Shown: positions 1 to 9,797 of the stretch, in pieces
How positions within the stretch are numbered: the stretch's first letter is position 1
How the letters are laid out: each line of letters opens with the position of its first letter
DNA from: Candidatus Eiseniibacteriota bacterium
GTDB taxonomy: Bacteria > Eisenbacteria > RBG-16-71-46 > JABDJR01
Assembly (NCBI GenBank): GCA_963783375.1
Contig: CAWANH010000028.1
Location: forward strand, 416,001-480,000
Direction of reading: 5' to 3'
Length of the DNA stretch: 64,000 nucleotides
The notes under the pieces: generated by a model
The model's database searches: none
What the model saw: only the letters and a program-made list of their open reading frames with translations
Told to the model about the DNA's origin: nothing
Position numbers and translations under genes: made by a program

Positions 1-141
1 GCGTGGTGCGCGCGAGCGCCGAGGGCCGGTTCCTGGAGCCGCCCGGGGAGAGCCCGGCCTGACCCGTCGCGCCGCGGACGCGCCCCGGATCCGGCCTGCC
101 CGTGGGTCGGACGCGACCGGATTCGGGGTCCGCCCGAACCT

Positions 142-1080
142 CTACCGGTTGAGCAGCACCTTCCGGGTGGTGCGGACATCGCCGGCCCGGAGCTCCACGA
201 AGTAGATCCCCGAAGGCGCGGCACCTCCTCCCGTGTCCCGCCCGTCCCAGCTCAGGGCGTGGGTCCCGGCGGAGAACTCCCGGTCGGCCAAGACGGCCAC
301 CCGGCGCCCGTCGATCCCGTACACCGTCACCGCGGCCGGACCGTCCGCGGCCAGGAAGAACTGGACCGAGGTGGCGCCGGCGAAGGGGTTCGGTTCGGGG
401 TTCATGAGGAAGGCGGGAACGTTCGCGGCGATCTGGGGATCTCCGACCCCGGTCTGTCCGCAGTCGGTCCTCCGGTAGATCACGTAGAAGATCCAGTCCC
501 CGCCCAGGCCCTGGGAGCAGATGTCCTGCCAGCCGCCGGGGATGGCCTTGATCACGTTCTTTCCGCCCCCGGTGCAGCCGTTTCCGTCGTGGACCACGCT
601 CCCCGCGTTCAGATCGTTGGCGTTGTCCGAGGCGAATTCCAGGGTCACGGTGAAGGGCCCCGAGTTCAGGATCACGTTTCCGACCTGGGATTCCAGGTTG
701 AACTCGTTGATGGCCCCGTCGGTGAGGACCGGGCCGAGGAGGTCGTAGAGCCTCGCTCCGGGATTGGGGAGCCCGGCGCCGTAGACGTTGATGGCCTGTT
801 CCAGGGTCTGGCCGGAGACGCCGAAATAGGATGCCCAGCCTACCCCGACCTTCAGGATCTCGATCGGATAGTCGCCGGCGGGGGCGTCCAGCACCACCCC
901 GGCCTCCTCCCCGGCCACGAAGCAGGGGCAGACGACCTGGCCCCCACCCGAGTACCACTGAAGCGGCGCTTCGGGGGGGCAGGTCTGGGCCGAAGCGCCG
1001 GAAGCGGCGCCCAGGAAACCCAGGAGGCAGGGAAGAAGGAGGGCGGACGAGAGCCGGAGACCCGAGCGCAAGGAAGTCAT
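142..1080 (-). CDS. Secreted protein with C-terminal FlgD Ig-like (T9SS-type) sorting domain
   Basis: ATG at 1080 (MTSLRSGLRL...) with signal peptide ending ASA-Q; C-terminus PEPNPF...VYGIDGRRVAVL...WDGRD...SGIYFVEL...RKVLL. Confidence 0.85.
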   Translation of the reverse strand: MTSLRSGLRLSSALLLPCLLGFLGAASGASAQTCPPEAPLQWYSGGGQVVCPCFVAGEEAGVVLDAPAGDYPIEILKVGVGWASYFGVSGQTLEQAINVYGAGLPNPGARLYDLLGPVLTDGAINEFNLESQVGNVILNSGPFTVTLEFASDNANDLNAGSVVHDGNGCTGGGKNVIKAIPGGWQDICSQGLGGDWIFYVIYRRTDCGQTGVGDPQIAANVPAFLMNPEPNPFAGATSVQFFLAADGPAAVTVYGIDGRRVAVLADREFSAGTHALSWDGRDTGGGAAPSGIYFVELRAGDVRTTRKVLLNR

Positions 1081-1282
1081 GGGGGGACCTCGCTTTCGGG
1101 ACGGGTTGGGTTGTCGATGGTCGCGACGAGGTTTGATTGTAGCGATTTCAGGACCCTCGAACAAGAATCCCGTGTCCAATTCCATCCCCGCGGGCCAAAT
1201 GCCCCATTCCGTCGACCCTGGCGCGCCGGGAAGCGGCCTCGTACACTGGAGGCGGTCCCCGAACCACAAGGAGCGGCCCGTC

Positions 1283-2422
1283 ATGACCCCATCCGTTCCC
1301 CCCTCCGAGCCGGATCCCGGCGTCCGGCCCGAAAACGGCGCCGGCGCCCAGGACGCGATGAGCCTCCTGGACGCGGCCTCGTCCCAGACCCCGATCATCG
1401 ACCCCCGACTCGACGCCCAGCGCCGGACCGCCGCCGATCCGAGCCTCCCCCTGGAGGACCGCCTGGAGGCCTACGAGGACATCATGGAGTCCGAGGTCGG
1501 GGACACCGTGCTCACCCGGGCCCGGAACATCGAGCGTGAGGTGGGCCTCCGCCAGATCTTCCTCAAGTTCGAGGGAGGAAACCCCACCGGGAGCCAGAAG
1601 GACCGCATCGCCTTCGCCCAGGTCCTCGACGCGATGCGCCGGGGCTTCGACGCCATCACCGTGGCCACCTGCGGAAACTTCGGCGCCGCGATGGCGGTGG
1701 CCGCCGCCTTCGCCAACCTGCGCTGCATCATCCACATTCCGGTGAGCTACCACTCCCGGCGGGTGAAGGAGATCACCGACCAGGGAGCGGAAATCGTGCG
1801 GGTGGAGGGCGACTACGAGGCGGCGGTGCAGAAATCCCAGCGCGAGGCCGAGGAACACGATTACTACGACGCCAACCCCGGCGGGCCGAACACGCCGCTC
1901 CAGCTTCGCGGCTACGGCGAGATCGCCTACGAGATCTACGACGACCTCCGCGACGCCCCCGCCGCGGTGGCCGTCCCGGTGTCCAACGGCACCACCCTGG
2001 CCGGAATCTACCGGGGCTTCGTGAGCCTCCATCGCCGCGGGAAGACCTCGCGCATTCCGCGCATGATCGCCGGGTCCTCCTACAACAAGAACCCCATCAT
2101 CCAGGCCTGGCTGAAGAACCTCCCCGCCTGTGAGGACCTGAAGCCGGAATCGGTGAAGGAAACCCCGGTGAACGAACCCCTCATCAACTGGCACTCCATC
2201 GACGGGGACTACGCCCTGGAAGCGGTGCGGGGGACCGGGGGGTGGGCATCCTACGGGAGCGACAAGGCCATGCTCGCCGAGGCCCGCCGGATCCGGGACA
2301 GCGAGGGGCTGAACGTGCTCCCCGCCTCCACCGCCGGGCTCCTGGGCCTCCTCGACCGTCACGCCCGCGAACCCCTGGCCCCCGACCGTTACGTGGTCGT
2401 CCTCACCGGGAGAAAACAATGA
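1283..2422 (+). CDS. Fold-type II PLP-dependent enzyme, threonine synthase-like
   Basis: RBS AAGGAG at 1268; LKFEGGNPTGSQKDR PLP-lysine motif, ATCGNFG, VPVSNGTT loop, PASTAG. Confidence 0.85.
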   Translation: MTPSVPPSEPDPGVRPENGAGAQDAMSLLDAASSQTPIIDPRLDAQRRTAADPSLPLEDRLEAYEDIMESEVGDTVLTRARNIEREVGLRQIFLKFEGGNPTGSQKDRIAFAQVLDAMRRGFDAITVATCGNFGAAMAVAAAFANLRCIIHIPVSYHSRRVKEITDQGAEIVRVEGDYEAAVQKSQREAEEHDYYDANPGGPNTPLQLRGYGEIAYEIYDDLRDAPAAVAVPVSNGTTLAGIYRGFVSLHRRGKTSRIPRMIAGSSYNKNPIIQAWLKNLPACEDLKPESVKETPVNEPLINWHSIDGDYALEAVRGTGGWASYGSDKAMLAEARRIRDSEGLNVLPASTAGLLGLLDRHAREPLAPDRYVVVLTGRKQ

Positions 2423-3513
2423 GCGGCTTCCCCGAGGGAAACGCGATCGTCTATTGCGAGGGGTCCTTCGGGACCCCCAACGGCAAGACCGCCCACGGGC
2501 TGGTCCGCCGCACCCGCCGCTACCGGGTGCTGTCGGTGGTGGACTCGGGGAACGCGGGGCGGGACGCCGGGGAGATCCTCGACGGTCGCCCGAACCGCGT
2601 CCCGGTCCTCGCATCGATCCCCGAGGCCGTCGCGCGCGCGGCGGAGGCCGGCCGGCCGGCCACCCACCTCGTGGTGGGCCTCGCTCCCGACGGGGGGCGC
2701 CTGAGCCCGGCCGCCCGGCGCGATGTCCTGGCCGCGCTGGAGCGGGGACTCCATGTGGACTGCGGCCTCCACGACTTCCTGTCCGAGGACCCCGAAGTCG
2801 AGTCGACGGCCATCGCGCACAACGCGCGGATCCGCGACGTCCGAAAGCCTCCGCCCCGGGACGAGCTCCACTTCTTCAGCGGCAGGATCGAGGAGGTGAC
2901 CGCGTTCAAGATCGCGGTCCTCGGCACGGATTCCGCGGTGGGGAAACGCACCACCGCCTGGATCCTGGCCGACGCCTTTCGCGAAGCCGGCCGCTCGGTG
3001 GAGATGGTGGGGACCGGCCAGACCGCCTGGATGCAGGGGGTCGGCTACGGCATCATCCTCGACTCCCTGGTGAACGATTTCGTGGCCGGAGAGATCGAGC
3101 ACGCGGTGTGGTCGGCGTGGAAGGAAACCGGGGCCGACGTGATCCTGATCGAGGGCCAGGGGAGCCTCATGAACCCGGCCTACCCCGGCGGGTACGAGAT
3201 CCTGGCCGCCGGACGCCCCGACGCGGTGGTCCTCCAGCACGCCCCCGCACGTAAGGAATACGACGGGTTCCCGGGGTACCCGCTCCACCCGGTGGACACC
3301 CAGATCCAGGCCATCGAGCTCATCTCCGGAAGGCCGGTGGCCGCGGTGACCGTGAACCACGAGGGGCTGGCCGGCGACGCGATCCCCGCCGCCTGCGCCG
3401 AGATCACCCGGATCACCCACCTCCCCGCGGTGGACGTCCTCATGGACGGGGCCGGCGCGGTGGCGGGGGCCATCATGAACCGGTTCCCGGTTCCTGGAAA
3501 GGAACGTCGATGA
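2419..3513 (+). CDS. DUF1611 family protein (DgcN-like, P-loop fold)
   Basis: ATGA overlap with upstream stop; GKTAHGL, GLHDFL, GTDSAVGKRTT, GTGQT, IEGQGSL motifs. Confidence 0.85.
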   Translation: MSGFPEGNAIVYCEGSFGTPNGKTAHGLVRRTRRYRVLSVVDSGNAGRDAGEILDGRPNRVPVLASIPEAVARAAEAGRPATHLVVGLAPDGGRLSPAARRDVLAALERGLHVDCGLHDFLSEDPEVESTAIAHNARIRDVRKPPPRDELHFFSGRIEEVTAFKIAVLGTDSAVGKRTTAWILADAFREAGRSVEMVGTGQTAWMQGVGYGIILDSLVNDFVAGEIEHAVWSAWKETGADVILIEGQGSLMNPAYPGGYEILAAGRPDAVVLQHAPARKEYDGFPGYPLHPVDTQIQAIELISGRPVAAVTVNHEGLAGDAIPAACAEITRITHLPAVDVLMDGAGAVAGAIMNRFPVPGKERR

Positions 3514-5939
3514 GCGAGGACCGCCGCCGCGGAACCGAACGCCGGAAGCTCTCCCGGTCCGCCTCCCCGGGGCGGCGGAACTACGATTCGCCCGGCGCCG
3601 AATCCGACCCGCTCAGGACCCTCGTCGTCCTCGATCGCCTCGAGGTAGGTCCCCCCAAGGTGGAGACGCGCCGGGTGGTCACGCCCTATACGGTGCGGGC
3701 GGGAAAGACCGTGGATACCTTCGAGTTCGTCTACCGGTACGAGGAGGACGTGTTCGACCCCTCCGAGGCCGGCTCGGTGAACCTGGCCGCCATGCTCACC
3801 GCCCAGCTCGCCCTCAACTACGGCCTCTTCGCCCGGGAGATCGCCTTCGCCGGCCCCTTCGACCGCCACGACCGGCGCTTCCTCACCGACATGGCCCGGA
3901 ACACCGCCCGCGAGATCTACGTGAAGAAGTTCCTGGAGCCGAACCCCTTCCTGACCGGGGCGGCGGCGGAGCTTCCGGCGGTGGAGCGGGAGAGCTACCT
4001 GGCCGCCGAACTCGAGTTCCCGGACGCCGAGGAGCCCGGGCGGAAAGGCGGCCCGCGAGCGGAGCCGTGGAGGAGCGACCCCGCGCGCCATGCCGTCCTC
4101 TCCAGCGGCGGGAAGGACAGCCTCCTCTCCTTCGGGCTCCTCCGGGAGATGGGGAAGGAACCGCACCCGATCTTCGTGAACGAATCGGGGAAGCACTGGT
4201 TCACCGCCTTGAACGCCTACCAGGCCCAGGCCGCGCGCTATTCGGAAACCGCGCGGGTCTGGACCAACTCCGACCGGCTCTTCGCCTGGATGGCCCGCCG
4301 GCTCCCCTTCATTCGCGAGGACTTCCAGAAGCTCCGCTCCGATGAGTACCCGGTGCGGCTCTGGACAGTGGCGGTGTTCCTGTTCGGTGCGCTCCCGCTG
4401 CTCCGCAAACGCGGGATCGGACGTATCGTTATCGGGGACGAGTACGATACCTCGCGGAAGGTCACCACCCGGGGGATTCCCCACTACGACGGCCTCTACG
4501 ACCAGAGCGCCTACTTCGATCATGCCCTCTCCCGCTACTACCGGCTGAAAGGCTGGGGGCTCTCCCAGTTCTCCATCCTCCGTCCCCTTTCGGAGATGCT
4601 GATCGAGAAGACCCTGGTCGAGCGCTATCCCGACCTGCAGAAGGACCAGGTCTCCTGTCACGCCGCCCACAAGGAGGAAGACCGGGTCCATCCCTGCGGA
4701 CAGTGCGAGAAGTGCCGGCGGATCGTGTCGATGCTCACCGCCTTCGAGGCCGACCCGGGGCGCTGCGGCTACTCCCCGGAACAGATCCAGCGGTGCCTCA
4801 AATGGGTGGCGGAGAAGGGCGTGCACCAGGTCAGCGGCGACGCCGAACACCTGGCCTTTCTCCTGGAATCCAGCGGGAAGATCGGCGGACCATCGCCCGG
4901 TCTCCCCCCGGCCCGCGAACACCCCGAGATCATGCAGCTCCGCTTCGACCCCGACCGCTCACCGGTGACGGCGATCCCGGTGGACCTGCGCGAGCCCCTG
5001 TACCGCATCCTGCTGGAGCATGCCCGGGGCGCGGTGCGAAAGAGCGGCCGGGTGTGGATCGACTACGATCTCCTCGCCGATCCCGCGCTCATGCGGCCCT
5101 ACCGGTTCGAGTCGCCGGGGAAGGGAACCGTGGAGATCTCGGGGAAGGACGCCGGGCCCCGCGCCTATCTCCTGGGCGAGCTCACCTGGCCCCAGGCCGA
5201 AACCCTGCTCAAGACGGTGGACGTGGCGCTCCTCCCGGTGGGCTCCATCGAACAGCACGGACCCCACCTGCCGCTCGACACCGACGCCTTCGACGCGGAC
5301 TACCTCTCGCGGGAGGTGGCCAAGGCCTGCAGCGACCCCAAGCCGCTGGTGCTTCCCCTCATCCCCTACGGGGTCTCCTACCATCACGATGATTTCAAGG
5401 GGACCCTGAGCATCAGTCCCGAGACCCTTTCCCGGCTGGTGTTCGAGATCGGAATGAACGCGGCCCGGAACGGCATCGCCAAGCTGGTGATCGTGAACGG
5501 CCACGGCGGGAACGCCCCCAGCCTCCACTTCGCCGCCCAGATGATCAACCGCGACGCCCACATCTTCACCTGTGTGGATACCGGCGAGTCGAGCGATCAG
5601 GAGCTGGAGGCGATGAGCGAGACCCAGAACGACGTCCATGCCGGGGAGATCGAGACCAGCACCACGCTGGCCGTGCGGCCGGGCCTGGTGGATCTCAAGC
5701 GGGTCAAGAAGTTCATCCCCCGCTTCTCCAACGACTACCTGGAGTTCAGCTCGGGCCGGAGCGTGGGATGGTACGCCCGCACGGCCAAGATCTCCTCCAG
5801 CGGGGTGATGGGCGACCCCACCAAGGCGAGCCGGGAGAAGGGGGAGAAGATGTGGGCGGTCATGATCAAGAACCTGGTCGAGTTGGTGGAGGACATCAAG
5901 GGGATGAGCCTCGACGAGATCTACCACTCCCGGTTGTGA
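3510..5939 (+). CDS. Fusion of PP-loop adenine nucleotide alpha-hydrolase domain (QueC/MurL-like, Zn cluster) and creatininase-family amidohydrolase
   Basis: SSGGKDS PP-loop; SCH...PCGQCEKC; C-terminal LPVGSIEQHGPHLPLDTD, NGHGGN, HAGEIETS. Confidence 0.85.
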   Translation: MSEDRRRGTERRKLSRSASPGRRNYDSPGAESDPLRTLVVLDRLEVGPPKVETRRVVTPYTVRAGKTVDTFEFVYRYEEDVFDPSEAGSVNLAAMLTAQLALNYGLFAREIAFAGPFDRHDRRFLTDMARNTAREIYVKKFLEPNPFLTGAAAELPAVERESYLAAELEFPDAEEPGRKGGPRAEPWRSDPARHAVLSSGGKDSLLSFGLLREMGKEPHPIFVNESGKHWFTALNAYQAQAARYSETARVWTNSDRLFAWMARRLPFIREDFQKLRSDEYPVRLWTVAVFLFGALPLLRKRGIGRIVIGDEYDTSRKVTTRGIPHYDGLYDQSAYFDHALSRYYRLKGWGLSQFSILRPLSEMLIEKTLVERYPDLQKDQVSCHAAHKEEDRVHPCGQCEKCRRIVSMLTAFEADPGRCGYSPEQIQRCLKWVAEKGVHQVSGDAEHLAFLLESSGKIGGPSPGLPPAREHPEIMQLRFDPDRSPVTAIPVDLREPLYRILLEHARGAVRKSGRVWIDYDLLADPALMRPYRFESPGKGTVEISGKDAGPRAYLLGELTWPQAETLLKTVDVALLPVGSIEQHGPHLPLDTDAFDADYLSREVAKACSDPKPLVLPLIPYGVSYHHDDFKGTLSISPETLSRLVFEIGMNAARNGIAKLVIVNGHGGNAPSLHFAAQMINRDAHIFTCVDTGESSDQELEAMSETQNDVHAGEIETSTTLAVRPGLVDLKRVKKFIPRFSNDYLEFSSGRSVGWYARTAKISSSGVMGDPTKASREKGEKMWAVMIKNLVELVEDIKGMSLDEIYHSRL

Positions 5940-5949
5940 GGAGGCGGCG

Positions 5950-7020
5950 GTGAAGATCATCCGGGTGGAGGCCGAGGCGGTCTCCATGCGTCTCTCCGAG
6001 CCCTACTCGATCGCCTACGAATCGGTGGATACCGCGGTCAACGTCATGCTCCGGGTCGAGACCGACACCGGCCTCGTCGGTCTCGGGTGTTCGGCCCCCG
6101 ACCAGCCGGTGACCGGCGAGACCCCGGAGTCGGTGCTCCGGGCGGTGGACGGGATCGCCGCTCCCGCGCTCCGGGGCGAGGATCCCCTGTGCTGGACCCG
6201 GCTCCTCGAGCGTCTGCGGGAACCGATGGCGATCCGGCCCGCGGCCCTGGCCGGGGTGGACATGGCCCTCTTCGACCTCCTGGGGAAGGCGGCGGGGATC
6301 GGGGTATGGAAGATCCTGGGAGGATACCGCGACCGCATCGAGACCTCGGTCACCATCGGGATCCTCCCCGAGGCGGAGACCGTGGCCCGGGCCCGGGCCC
6401 GCGCCGCCGAGGGTTTCCGCCGGATCAAGATGAAGGGAGGCCTCGACGTGGAGCTCGACATCGCCCGGGTGCGGCGGGTCCGCGAGGCCCTGGGGGACGG
6501 GGTGGAGCTCCGGTTCGACGCCAACCAGGGCTACTCGGTGGACCAGGCGCTCCGGTTCGTGGACGGAACCAAGGCGGCCCGGCTGGAGATCCTGGAACAA
6601 CCCACCCCCCGAGGCGAGCCCGACCTCATGGGACGGGTGACCCGCGAGGCCGCGGTCCCGGTCATGGCCGACGAGAGCCTGATGACCCTCCGCGACGTGT
6701 ACAACCTCGCCCGTCGCGAGCTCGCCGACATGGTGAACGTGAAGCTCATGAAGGTGGGGGGGATCGCCGAGGCGCTCCAGATCAACGGGGTGGCCCGTTC
6801 GGCCGGGCTCGAGGTCATGGTGGGCTGCATGGACGAGGCCGCCCTGGGCATCGCGGCGGGTCTTCACTTCGCCCTGTCCCGCCCCAACGTGGAGTACGCC
6901 GACCTGGACGGACACCTGGGGCTCATCGGGGATCCCAGCGAGGGAGCGGTGATCCTCCGTGACGGCACCCTCTACCCGAGCCAGGGTCCCGGGTTCGGCT
7001 GGGAGCCGGCCGGACCCTGA
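5950..7020 (+). CDS. Dipeptide epimerase / N-acyl amino acid racemase (enolase superfamily, MLE subgroup)
   Basis: RBS GAGGAGG then GTG; KMK, RFDANQGY, LEQP, MADES, NVKLMKVGG, DLD motifs. Confidence 0.9.
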   Translation: MKIIRVEAEAVSMRLSEPYSIAYESVDTAVNVMLRVETDTGLVGLGCSAPDQPVTGETPESVLRAVDGIAAPALRGEDPLCWTRLLERLREPMAIRPAALAGVDMALFDLLGKAAGIGVWKILGGYRDRIETSVTIGILPEAETVARARARAAEGFRRIKMKGGLDVELDIARVRRVREALGDGVELRFDANQGYSVDQALRFVDGTKAARLEILEQPTPRGEPDLMGRVTREAAVPVMADESLMTLRDVYNLARRELADMVNVKLMKVGGIAEALQINGVARSAGLEVMVGCMDEAALGIAAGLHFALSRPNVEYADLDGHLGLIGDPSEGAVILRDGTLYPSQGPGFGWEPAGP

Positions 7021-7081
7021 CGCCCTCCACGGGGGCGGTCCGCGCCGTGCCCGGGCGCCGGAGGCCTCGATCGGGCTTCGA

Positions 7082-8122
7082 TCAGGAAGGAACGGAGACC
7101 GTGGCCCCGCTCGGGGTCGCCGGCTGCCGGGCCGCCTTGAACCCCACCATCCGGCCGCTCTTGTCGTCGAAGAGACGCAGCCCCAGGGTGTGAAAGCTCG
7201 ACCGGAAGGTGATGGTCGGCGCCTTCTGAAACTCGGGGTTCTCCCGATGGCAGGCCTCGAGCCGGTAGTTGGGAATCCGGGCGTTCAGATGATGGATGTG
7301 GTGGAACCCGATGTTCCCGGAGAACCACTGCATGATCCGGGGGAGGTGGAAGTAGGAGCTTCCCTCCATGGCCGTCCGCGCGTAGTCCCAATCGTCATGA
7401 TGACGCCAGTAGACCCCGTCGAACTGGTGCTGGACGTAGAAGAGCCAGATCCCCGCGCTCCCGGACATCAGGAACACCGGCAGGTGCACGAGGACGTAGG
7501 CCTTCCATCCGATGGTGAGGCAGAGGGCGGTGACCGCGGCCGCGAGGGCCAGGTTCGTCCAGTGCACGCTCAGCTTCTCCCGCCGGCCGCCCTTGGGATG
7601 TGGAAAGCGGTTCACAATGACGAACATGAGGAACGGGCCTACGAAGAGCATGAAGAACGGGTTCCGGAAGAACCAGTAGGCCAGGCGGGTGAATCGTGGC
7701 GCCGCGCGGTACTCCTCCACGGTCATGGTCCAGACGTCGCCCACCCCCCTCCGGTCGAGATCGCCGGCGGTGGCGTGATGGATGGCGTGCTCGTGCCACC
7801 ACTGATAGTTCGGGGTCAGGGTGAAGACCCCGGCGACGAACCCCATCAGATCGTTGACGCGGCGGGAAGGGAAGAACGATCCGTGGCCGCAATCATGGAA
7901 GATGATGAAGATGCGAACCAGGAAGCCGGCCGCGACCACCGCCAACCCGAGGGTCAGCCAGTAGGAGACCGAGAGGCTCTTCACCATCAGGATCCAGAGG
8001 GCGATATAGGGGATGAAGGAGTTCGCCACCTGCCAGAGGCTCCGGCGGAGATCGGGGCCCTGGTATCGGGCCATGGAGCGGGCGGACAGGTTCTCGGAGA
8101 GCGATGAGCTGGATGATTTCAA
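7082..8122 (-). CDS. Membrane fatty acid desaturase (Des-like)
   Basis: Three His boxes HDCGH, HAIHH, HHIHH plus hydrophobic segments; TTG start uncertain. Confidence 0.92.
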   Translation of the reverse strand: MKSSSSSLSENLSARSMARYQGPDLRRSLWQVANSFIPYIALWILMVKSLSVSYWLTLGLAVVAAGFLVRIFIIFHDCGHGSFFPSRRVNDLMGFVAGVFTLTPNYQWWHEHAIHHATAGDLDRRGVGDVWTMTVEEYRAAPRFTRLAYWFFRNPFFMLFVGPFLMFVIVNRFPHPKGGRREKLSVHWTNLALAAAVTALCLTIGWKAYVLVHLPVFLMSGSAGIWLFYVQHQFDGVYWRHHDDWDYARTAMEGSSYFHLPRIMQWFSGNIGFHHIHHLNARIPNYRLEACHRENPEFQKAPTITFRSSFHTLGLRLFDDKSGRMVGFKAARQPATPSGATVSVPS

Positions 8123-8308
8123 AATGTGCTGTTCTTTCAGGTGCCCAACCGGGGGGCAAGGTCGAGGCTTTGGTGCTCGCCCTTACACGGAGATACCCGG
8201 AACTCGCACCCGAAGTTCCCTTGGAACGACGGTCGAGACCCGCGGCGCCCGCAGAGGCGACGCAACCCCTCTTCCCGGGGCCCTCCTGACACCCTGGAAC
8301 GGGACTAT

Positions 8309-8350
8309 AAAAAGAAAGGCCGGGGCCGGCGAAACCGCCGGGCCCCGGCC
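8309..8350 (-). terminator. Intrinsic terminator downstream of RRM gene
   Basis: GGCCGGGGCC/GGCCCCGGCC stem (8318-8350) followed on the minus strand by TTTCTTTTT. Confidence 0.75.
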
Positions 8351-8421
8351 CAAGGTTCCACCCAGATCCGCGCTCCGGTCAAACGCCAATCAGGCGCGAC
8401 CCGGCGCGGCTCGGGTTGGAT

Positions 8422-8709
8422 CTACCAGCGCGAGCGGCCACCGCCGCCGCCGCCACGGTTCGACTCGCGCGGACGAGCCTCGTTCACGGTCAGATTCCGA
8501 CCGCCGAACTCCTTCTGGTCGAGCGCACTGACGGCCGCGTCGGCCCCTTCCGCAGCCATCTCCACGAAACCGAAACCGCGCGGGCGGCCGGTGTCGCGGT
8601 CGGTGATGAGATTCACCGACTCGACGGTGCCGTACTGAGAGAACAGGTCGCGGATGTCTTCCTCGGTCGCATTGAAAGGAAGGTTACCGACGTAGAGCTT
8701 CTTGGACAT
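8422..8709 (-). CDS. RRM RNA-binding protein with Gly-rich tail (Rbp-like)
   Basis: RNP2 LYVGNL, RNP1 [15 protein letters not shown], Gly-rich C-terminus; RBS GAGG. Confidence 0.95.
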   Translation of the reverse strand: MSKKLYVGNLPFNATEEDIRDLFSQYGTVESVNLITDRDTGRPRGFGFVEMAAEGADAAVSALDQKEFGGRNLTVNEARPRESNRGGGGGGRSRW

Positions 8710-9134
8710 TTTTCCTCACTTCGCCCGCTCGAATCCGGGCTCACTGACAGCGGCCCCCACGGGGACCTAGCTAGCGTAAGCGCTCACCGTGCACGAGGCA
8801 TGGGTAACGCGCATGGACTTCAACCCAACGGGAACGAAGGGAATTCGGCGGAGACTCGGGAGGATCCGCGGAGACGATCCACGGTACTTCAGAGGAAACC
8901 AACCCAACTACCTCGGTCCACTCCACCCCACACTTCTCCACAAATTTACGGCCGAGAATTGGGAAACACAAGAAATTTCGTCCAGGATCCGGGATCGTGG
9001 GGGGATTCTTTCCCCCCTTGCCGGGCCGGACCGGCTCGGCGCCGGGGGTGCCTTGGAAAACTAACCTGCAACGTGCCAATAGCTTGAAGGCGCACCGGTG
9101 GACGGGAACCCCTGGGGGTGCCCGACATCCGGCC

Positions 9135-9797
9135 CTAGGGCGCGTCTTGCGCTTCGGGCTCCGCCGCCGGGGCCTCGAGCCCCAGGGTCTCCCGCACCCG
9201 GGCCAGGCGCTCCCGGGCGTCCCCGTCCCAGGAAGCGGGATCGGCCACCGGCGAAGGGAGGGTGGGGAGGCGCCCGGCGGGGCGGAAGCCTTCCAGCTCC
9301 AGGAGTGCCTTCACCCGGGTCTCGTTCCAGGTCCCGGTGCGGATCTCCAGGGTCCCGAAACGGTCCAGAAAGAGTTCCACCCCCTCGGTGGGCGAGAACA
9401 CGGCCAGGTCCACCACCCCCCGGCCCCAGAGATCGCGGAGCTGGAGGAGCGCGCCCAGCACGCGGCCTCGGTCCAGCCCCTGGGCGGACCACTCCCGGGA
9501 GGGACCGTGAACCTCGACCAGCACCACCCCGAAAACCCCGGTCAGGGCGCGCACCGTCTCCACCATCACCTGAACCGCCCCGGGCTGATCCCCCCGGGCG
9601 GTGAAGTAGAGCACGCCGTCGGGAGCGGGGCGCACCGAGTAGGAGGGAAACTCGGGGCCCGGCCGCCGGCGCCGCCGGGGCCAGAGCCGCCGGGGCCAGC
9701 TGCGCCAGGCCCCCAGCCGCTTCCGGAGCCGGAGCCGGAGCCCGGGGCAGGGCTCGGGCCGGGGTTCCGGACCGGCGGGCGGACGAACCAGCCTCAC
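9135..9797 (-). CDS. Hypothetical protein
   Basis: GTGA overlap with amylase stop; globular-looking C-terminal 170 aa; start uncertain. Confidence 0.6.
   Translation of the reverse strand: MRLVRPPAGPEPRPEPCPGLRLRLRKRLGAWRSWPRRLWPRRRRRPGPEFPSYSVRPAPDGVLYFTARGDQPGAVQVMVETVRALTGVFGVVLVEVHGPSREWSAQGLDRGRVLGALLQLRDLWGRGVVDLAVFSPTEGVELFLDRFGTLEIRTGTWNETRVKALLELEGFRPAGRLPTLPSPVADPASWDGDARERLARVRETLGLEAPAAEPEAQDAP

Noticed and set aside
9040-9080. sigma54 promoter for the RRM gene
   Set aside because: TTGGCACG is present on the minus strand but the GC is not at the -12 spacing
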